DNA of 64,000 nt from Candidatus Omnitrophota bacterium (GTDB taxonomy: Bacteria; Omnitrophota; Gorgyraeia; Zapsychrales; Zapsychraceae): assembly GCA_021108075.1 (NCBI GenBank), contig JAIORP010000171.1, positions 68,041-132,040 of the forward strand. Direction: 5' to 3'. The notes below the pieces were generated by a model. That model was not told the origin of the DNA. It saw only the letters and a program-made list of their open reading frames with translations, and searched no databases. Positions 60,170 to 64,000 of this stretch are shown here, one piece after another (position 1 is the first letter of the stretch; every line of letters starts with the position of its first letter). The translations under genes and the position numbers were made by a program.

Positions 60170-62086
60170 TCACCTGTCTTCTTGGTCTAAATTTTTTAAT
60201 CCCTTTGGAATGGTGAAAAAGAACGTTGTTCCTTCGCCCAAGGCTGAATCGATCCAGATTTCTCCACCATGATCATCAATAACGCGTTTCACAATACTCA
60301 AACCCGCCCCGGTCCCATCATATTCCCCTTCTTTATGCAGGCGTTTAAAAATGCCAAATACTTTATCATGAAATCGAGGATCAATCCCGATACCGTTATC
60401 TTTAACATAAAACTCATGGGCATCTTCCCTTTCGCTATATCCAATGACGATGACCGGTGATTGTTCATTATTTTTCGATGAGAATTTGATACCATTATTT
60501 ATTAGGTTTAAAAAAACTTCCCCCAATTTAATGCTGTCACACATGATGACAGGCATTATTCCCTGAACACGCAAATCGACATGATGCTCTTTGATATCAA
60601 ACTCGATTCTTTCGACAACAGAATCAATCAGCTGGCGAATATCTGTTTTTTCATAAGGGTTTCGAATACGCGAGATCCGGGACAATGTCAGCAAATCATC
60701 GATGAGCTTACTTAAACGGTCCGCGCCGTAACGAATTTCTTTCAAATAATCCTGACCCTCTTCATTTAATTGTTGTCCATAGTCCTCTTCTAAAAAACTT
60801 GCGAAAGAAGAAATCCCCCTCAATGGAGCGCGCAAATCATGACTAGCGGTATAGACAAAACTATCCAATTCGAGATTGACTTTTTCTAATTCTCTTGTTC
60901 TCTGTCGGACCTTTTCTTCCAAAGAGTCATAAGACCCTTTCAAGCGGGCCGTCATCCTATCAAAAGCTTGCGAAAGCTGACCAATCTCATCAGAACTCTG
61001 AATACCCGTCCGGTGATTCAAATCACCATGCATGATAATCTCTGTACCGCGCTGCAAGGCAATGATGGGTCGCGAAATGCGCCGGCCGATCCAAAAAGAG
61101 ATTACATAGATAATAAAAATAATCAATATGCCGACTCCTGAAAAAATATACGTCAATTCGATCAAAGGTGCCAGGGCTTCAGAGACAGACATTTCAGCAA
61201 TCAAGGCCCAGCCCATTTCGGGAATGGGCACAAATGTACCCAAAACACTATGTTGACGATAGTCATCATAGACTTGAACAAAACTTGATCTTGTCAGATC
61301 AGCAGAAAATGCTGCGATGGTTGCTTCTGTTTCAACCTTTTTCTTCAAGATCGTACTCTCATGACTGAAACGGGAATCTGAACGCATCAATAAGTCTCTA
61401 CCAACTAAATACGTGTCGCCTGTCTGCCCTAATCCGGTTAAGTCTTTCATCACGTTGTTAATTTCGAGAATACCCAGTTGCAAGGCGACAACAGCATAAA
61501 CCTGTTGTTTCTCATCCAGGACAGGAGCTCCGATAAACATCGCCGGAGACCTGCTCGGCTCATAATAGGAAAAGTCTACGGTTGTGACTTCCTCTGTATC
61601 AAGAACTTTTTGCCAAATTTGAGCTAATCCACTTTTTCTATGCGGGCCGGACCGCAAGTTTGTTCCTAAAGGCGTATCATTCGTCGCCCGATAAAGCACA
61701 TGACCATAAGGGGCACTGATAAAAAAAATATCATGATACCCGTATGTTTCTAAATAGCTCCTGAAAAAAGGATCCATTTCTTGGTATATTTCTTTATAAC
61801 GTTTTTGATTCAAATCGTAAAATCTTTCCTTCTTGTAATAAACCAAAATCTTTTGAAAAGATTGCTTAACGTCCTCTGTCTGACCCAAAATGGATAAATT
61901 CTTTTTGCGCTCAGAGATATACGACCGTATCCAACTGGCCTTATTCCGGGCAACCACGTCCAAATGATTTGAAACTTCTTCTTTAAGATTATTTGCGGAG
62001 ACAAAATATAAAACAATACCTGCAGTGACTGTCAGGAAGGAAAAACTGATTAAAGAAACAAAAAAAATCTTATTGCGTATACTCAT
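60170..62086 (-). CDS. Sensor histidine kinase (Cache-like, HAMP, HisKA, HATPase)
   Basis: Two TMs, DEIGQL HAMP, ASHDLRAPL, NLINNGIKF, DNGIGI, GAGLSI. Confidence 0.93.
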   Translation of the reverse strand: MSIRNKIFFVSLISFSFLTVTAGIVLYFVSANNLKEEVSNHLDVVARNKASWIRSYISERKKNLSILGQTEDVKQSFQKILVYYKKERFYDLNQKRYKEIYQEMDPFFRSYLETYGYHDIFFISAPYGHVLYRATNDTPLGTNLRSGPHRKSGLAQIWQKVLDTEEVTTVDFSYYEPSRSPAMFIGAPVLDEKQQVYAVVALQLGILEINNVMKDLTGLGQTGDTYLVGRDLLMRSDSRFSHESTILKKKVETEATIAAFSADLTRSSFVQVYDDYRQHSVLGTFVPIPEMGWALIAEMSVSEALAPLIELTYIFSGVGILIIFIIYVISFWIGRRISRPIIALQRGTEIIMHGDLNHRTGIQSSDEIGQLSQAFDRMTARLKGSYDSLEEKVRQRTRELEKVNLELDSFVYTASHDLRAPLRGISSFASFLEEDYGQQLNEEGQDYLKEIRYGADRLSKLIDDLLTLSRISRIRNPYEKTDIRQLIDSVVERIEFDIKEHHVDLRVQGIMPVIMCDSIKLGEVFLNLINNGIKFSSKNNEQSPVIVIGYSEREDAHEFYVKDNGIGIDPRFHDKVFGIFKRLHKEGEYDGTGAGLSIVKRVIDDHGGEIWIDSALGEGTTFFFTIPKGLKNLDQEDR

Positions 62087-62425
62087 ACGATCTGCCGATT
62101 CGTTAATAATATTTTTAATTAATATTCATATTATATCGTCTATGTCTCAATTAAGATAGCCGAGGTTTCTCAACCATCACACAACCCTTGCAAACAAATA
62201 AGTTGTGTATGTTTCATCCATTACCGCCGATTTTGACACTTAAATTCATGATTTAAACAGCACAAGTAACATTTACACTATAATACTGTCTCTTTCAGCT
62301 ATATTCGACGGTGGTTAACATTTTTAATTGCGGCTGTTCCGGTTTGCGTCAACCTGGAATTGATTCGGACAACAATGATATTATATAGATAATTCAAGCT
62401 CTGTCACATGTAAATAAATAAATAA

Positions 62426-62526
62426 TACCAAATCCATTAAATAATTACCAAAATCATTATGATATTCTCGACGTTTAAACGAGAATATTGGTATTCGAAT
62501 AGGACAATTATTTAATGGATTGGGTA
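62426..62526. mobile_element. MITE-like element, subfamily B, 101 bp
   Basis: TACCAAATCCATTAAATAAT...ATTATTTAATGGATTGGGTA; TAA on both flanks; reverse-complement match to 56475-56575. Confidence 0.88.
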
Positions 62527-62666
62527 TAACAAAGGGCCTGACTTCACAATCAAAACTGAACCTTATTACGACAAACGCAATAACTGTCATGTCAATCATC
62601 AACCGCTGTCATCAGGCCAGAAAACGGTCCTTGACCAAGACATTATATTGAGCGGTGTTATAACAC

Positions 62667-62703
62667 AAAAAAAGCCCTATAACCAATGATATGGCTATAG
62701 GGC
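62667..62703 (-). terminator. Intrinsic terminator
   Basis: Minus strand GCCCTATAGCCA...TGGTTATAGGGC followed by T7, just after the 62721 stop. Confidence 0.8.
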
Positions 62704-62720
62704 GGCTTGAGAAACGGATG

Positions 62721-63233
62721 CTAGGGGTTTCTTCGTTGCTGTTGGCGATAATGACGTCTTCGTTCCCTAAAATCTTCCCGGCGGTCCCGAATATCTTCAC
62801 GACGATCCCGAATGTCTTCGCGACGATCAGCCCGAATATTTCTTTTTAATTTCTTCATTCGTGCTCTAATTTTCCGCGCTTTACCATATTCTCCGTTTTT
62901 TATCGCTTCTCTAAAATTACGACGCATTTGACGCATCATTCTGTTCTTTATCTTATCATCACGTCTATCCCGAATATCTTCACGACGGTCCCGAATATCT
63001 TCGCGGCGGTCCCAACGGTCTTCCAGACGGTCATACTTATCTTCCCAACGATCCCGCCAGCCTCTGTGTATTCGAGGCCTGCTTTGAAACTCTGATGTGC
63101 CCGATGCCCCCTCTGTCGCGGGGGTTGCGCCCTCTTCGACACTCTCAGCAAAAACATTCGCGGCGAACAAAAGAATCATTAAAAGCAGGCACCCGACCCC
63201 ACCTCTCCGCCAAAATCTAACCATTTCACCCAT
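62721..63233 (-). CDS. Exported Arg/Asp-rich protein with DRREDIR repeats
   Basis: Signal peptide (ending VFA), GGAGG RBS, own terminator, two blocks of 7-aa repeats. Confidence 0.75.
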   Translation of the reverse strand: MGEMVRFWRRGGVGCLLLMILLFAANVFAESVEEGATPATEGASGTSEFQSRPRIHRGWRDRWEDKYDRLEDRWDRREDIRDRREDIRDRRDDKIKNRMMRQMRRNFREAIKNGEYGKARKIRARMKKLKRNIRADRREDIRDRREDIRDRREDFRERRRHYRQQQRRNP

Positions 63234-63332
63234 CTTGAACCTCCTATTATTAAGGTTTATATTGCGCTCAACTTAACGAAGATAAACCCCTTTTTCTCAA
63301 AAAAGTTCCGCGATCAGTCAATGGGATGATTA

Positions 63333-63359
63333 TACCAATTCCATATAAATAATTACCAA
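63333..63359. mobile_element. Half copy (one terminus) of the MITE
   Basis: TTA-TACCAATTCCATATAAATAATTACCAA matches the first about 27 nt of the family; no partner end. Confidence 0.6.
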
Positions 63360-64000
63360 CTCACATCTTGTTCAATCCAGGGAGTCCCGACGTAACCTTC
63401 ACCCGTAATTATCTGCGGTGTTAAAAAGATAATGATTTCGGTCTTTTTGGTCATATCACTTCGGCTTTTAAACGCTAAGCCAAAAACCGGAATCTGACTT
63501 AAGACAGGCACCTGCTTGGATATCTCAATGGTTTCTTCCTTTATCAATCCGCCAATAATAATACCTGTTCCATTCTTGATCGTTACCGTGGTTTCGGCTT
63601 CAGACGTTTCAACGATAGGAATGGTATTGTTGTTGCTGGTTGTAATAATATCCACCTTTGAACTGATCTCAGGCTTAATTTTCATTGTAATAAAATCGTC
63701 TTCGTGAATTGTGGGCGTGACAAAAAGTTTAACACCCACATCAATGAAGTTGACACTTTCAGCTGTCGTGGTCGGTCCTGAGGCTGTTGTCGTTGTGGTA
63801 GATGTGACATACGGCTCATTTGACCCCACTAGTATTTTTGCCTCCTTGTTATTTAAAACCGTAATTCTCGGGCTGGATAAAATATTCGTTTCGCCGACCG
63901 TCTCAAGGGCGTTCAGCACAACCGAAAAATCATCGCTTGAGAGCGTTCCCACACTGATCTGTCCGCGTTTTTCGACAGAAGATAGGACATCGAAATTGCT
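63353..64000 (-). CDS. Secretin (GspD/PilQ family), C-terminal part; 5' end beyond the window
   Basis: ILSSPRITVLNNKEAKILVG, VGVKLFVTPTI, IIIGGLI, PVLSQIPVFG; frame open to 64000. Confidence 0.9.
   Translation of the reverse strand, partial: SNFDVLSSVEKRGQISVGTLSSDDFSVVLNALETVGETNILSSPRITVLNNKEAKILVGSNEPYVTSTTTTTASGPTTTAESVNFIDVGVKLFVTPTIHEDDFITMKIKPEISSKVDIITTSNNNTIPIVETSEAETTVTIKNGTGIIIGGLIKEETIEISKQVPVLSQIPVFGLAFKSRSDMTKKTEIIIFLTPQIITGEGYVGTPWIEQDVSW

Noticed and set aside
1470-63707. Numerous 60-220 aa plus-strand ORFs antisense to long genes
   Set aside because: Shadow ORFs of well-supported minus-strand genes

Overview
AT-rich bacterial chromosome segment, almost all coded on the minus strand. 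The gene content is suggestive of Ca. Omnitrophota or a similar uncultured diderm (inference only). It holds core genes (plsC fragment, phosphoglucomutase, nadD, proA/proB/proC, obgE, rplU, RNase G/E, mreBCD-mrdA-rodA, aroA, ileS-DksA/TraR-lspA-lgt-rluD, mtnP, AddAB-like pair), a Gld-like ABC system and two-component genes. It also has a large type IV pilus locus: PilMNOPQ, minor pilins, major pilin, PilC, two PilB ATPases and two stand-alone MshEN proteins. Two non-coding layers stand out. (1) A c-di-GMP-I (GEMM) riboswitch with its own promoter and terminator lies upstream of the major pilin. (2) A dense family of 80-102 bp miniature inverted-repeat elements (TACCAA...TTGGTA, 3-bp TNA target duplications; 9 complete copies and 1 half copy) sits at gene boundaries. 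It nests inside itself, hosts two other small insertions, and creates extended -10-like motifs pointing at downstream genes. No transposase gene, CRISPR, tRNA or rRNA was recognised.
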